A DNA stretch of 59,424 nucleotides from contig JAHBMJ010000022.1 of NCBI GenBank assembly GCA_018398765.1, forward strand, positions 1-59,424, written 5' to 3'. Position numbers and translations under genes: made by a program. The DNA comes from Chromera velia. Taxonomy: Eukaryota. The notes under the pieces were generated by a model. It was given only the letters and a program-made list of their open reading frames with translations, searched no databases and was not told the DNA's origin. Positions 59,170 to 59,424 of this stretch are shown here, piece by piece. Positions within the stretch are counted from its first letter, which is position 1, and each line of letters begins with the position of its first letter.

Positions 59170-59424
59170 CTTTTCGTCTTTCCGCAAAAATCTCCCCTCC
59201 GCCTCCTGCCGGTGCCCTTCCTCCTCTCCCTCTTCCCCTCTCCCTTTCTCTGCCTCGACCTTGTTCACTGCAATCATCAGTTGAATTCGTTTTTTCTCTT
59301 ACCCCCCCCCCTTCTTCCTGTTCTCTCCCCCCCAGCTCTCCTCGAGAGCAAGTCGACAAACTGCGTCGTTCAGATCCAACAGCTGCAGCCACAGCCCCCT
59401 CTCTCCCCCCTCGGTGAGCCTCCA
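59170..59424 (-). CDS. Probable upstream exon of the 50459..58629 gene, running off the window edge
   Basis: GC-rich open frame (AAAVGSERRSLSTC...FAERRK) ending at the donor AAAG|GTTTGT. The link to the next exon was not resolved. Confidence 0.35.

Noticed and set aside
1..59424. tRNA or rRNA genes
   Set aside because: No cloverleaf with T-loop/anticodon arm and no rRNA conserved motifs recognised by eye. A covariance-model scan would be needed to exclude them.

Overview
Eukaryotic, intron-rich genomic DNA. It has GC-rich exons, microsatellite-filled GT-AG introns, AT-rich intergenic blocks and TGCATG-rich promoters. The style suggests a chromerid alveolate such as Chromera; this is an inference only. 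Genes assembled by hand: (1) a two-exon M55/DppA D-aminopeptidase of prokaryotic type; (2) a disrupted minus-strand receptor gene with two discoidin-like domains fused to a multi-TM tail; (3) a MYND-finger gene split over two reading frames; (4) a coiled-coil ORF with degenerate Cys-rich remnants downstream; (5) an 85-aa three-exon CHORD-like Zn-finger protein; (6) a 30-exon, ~2550-aa polycystin-1/adhesion-GPCR-like receptor with signal peptide, an EGF domain split by an inserted ConA-like lectin, 10 one-exon-each Sushi-like repeats, EGF, GAIN/GPS-like region and ~5 TM; (7) an intronless, divergent AsnRS; (8) a ~2520-aa low-complexity protein. The most striking structure is a ~4.4-4.6 kb inverted duplication (3134-7524 / 39243-43865). 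It brackets 31.7 kb and puts the same receptor tail behind two different ectodomains. The repeat exons also show exon-restricted homogenisation. Also present are two MITE-like elements (one nested in a minisatellite), a 5-copy hairpin array and many microsatellites. All gene models are manual predictions without transcript support.
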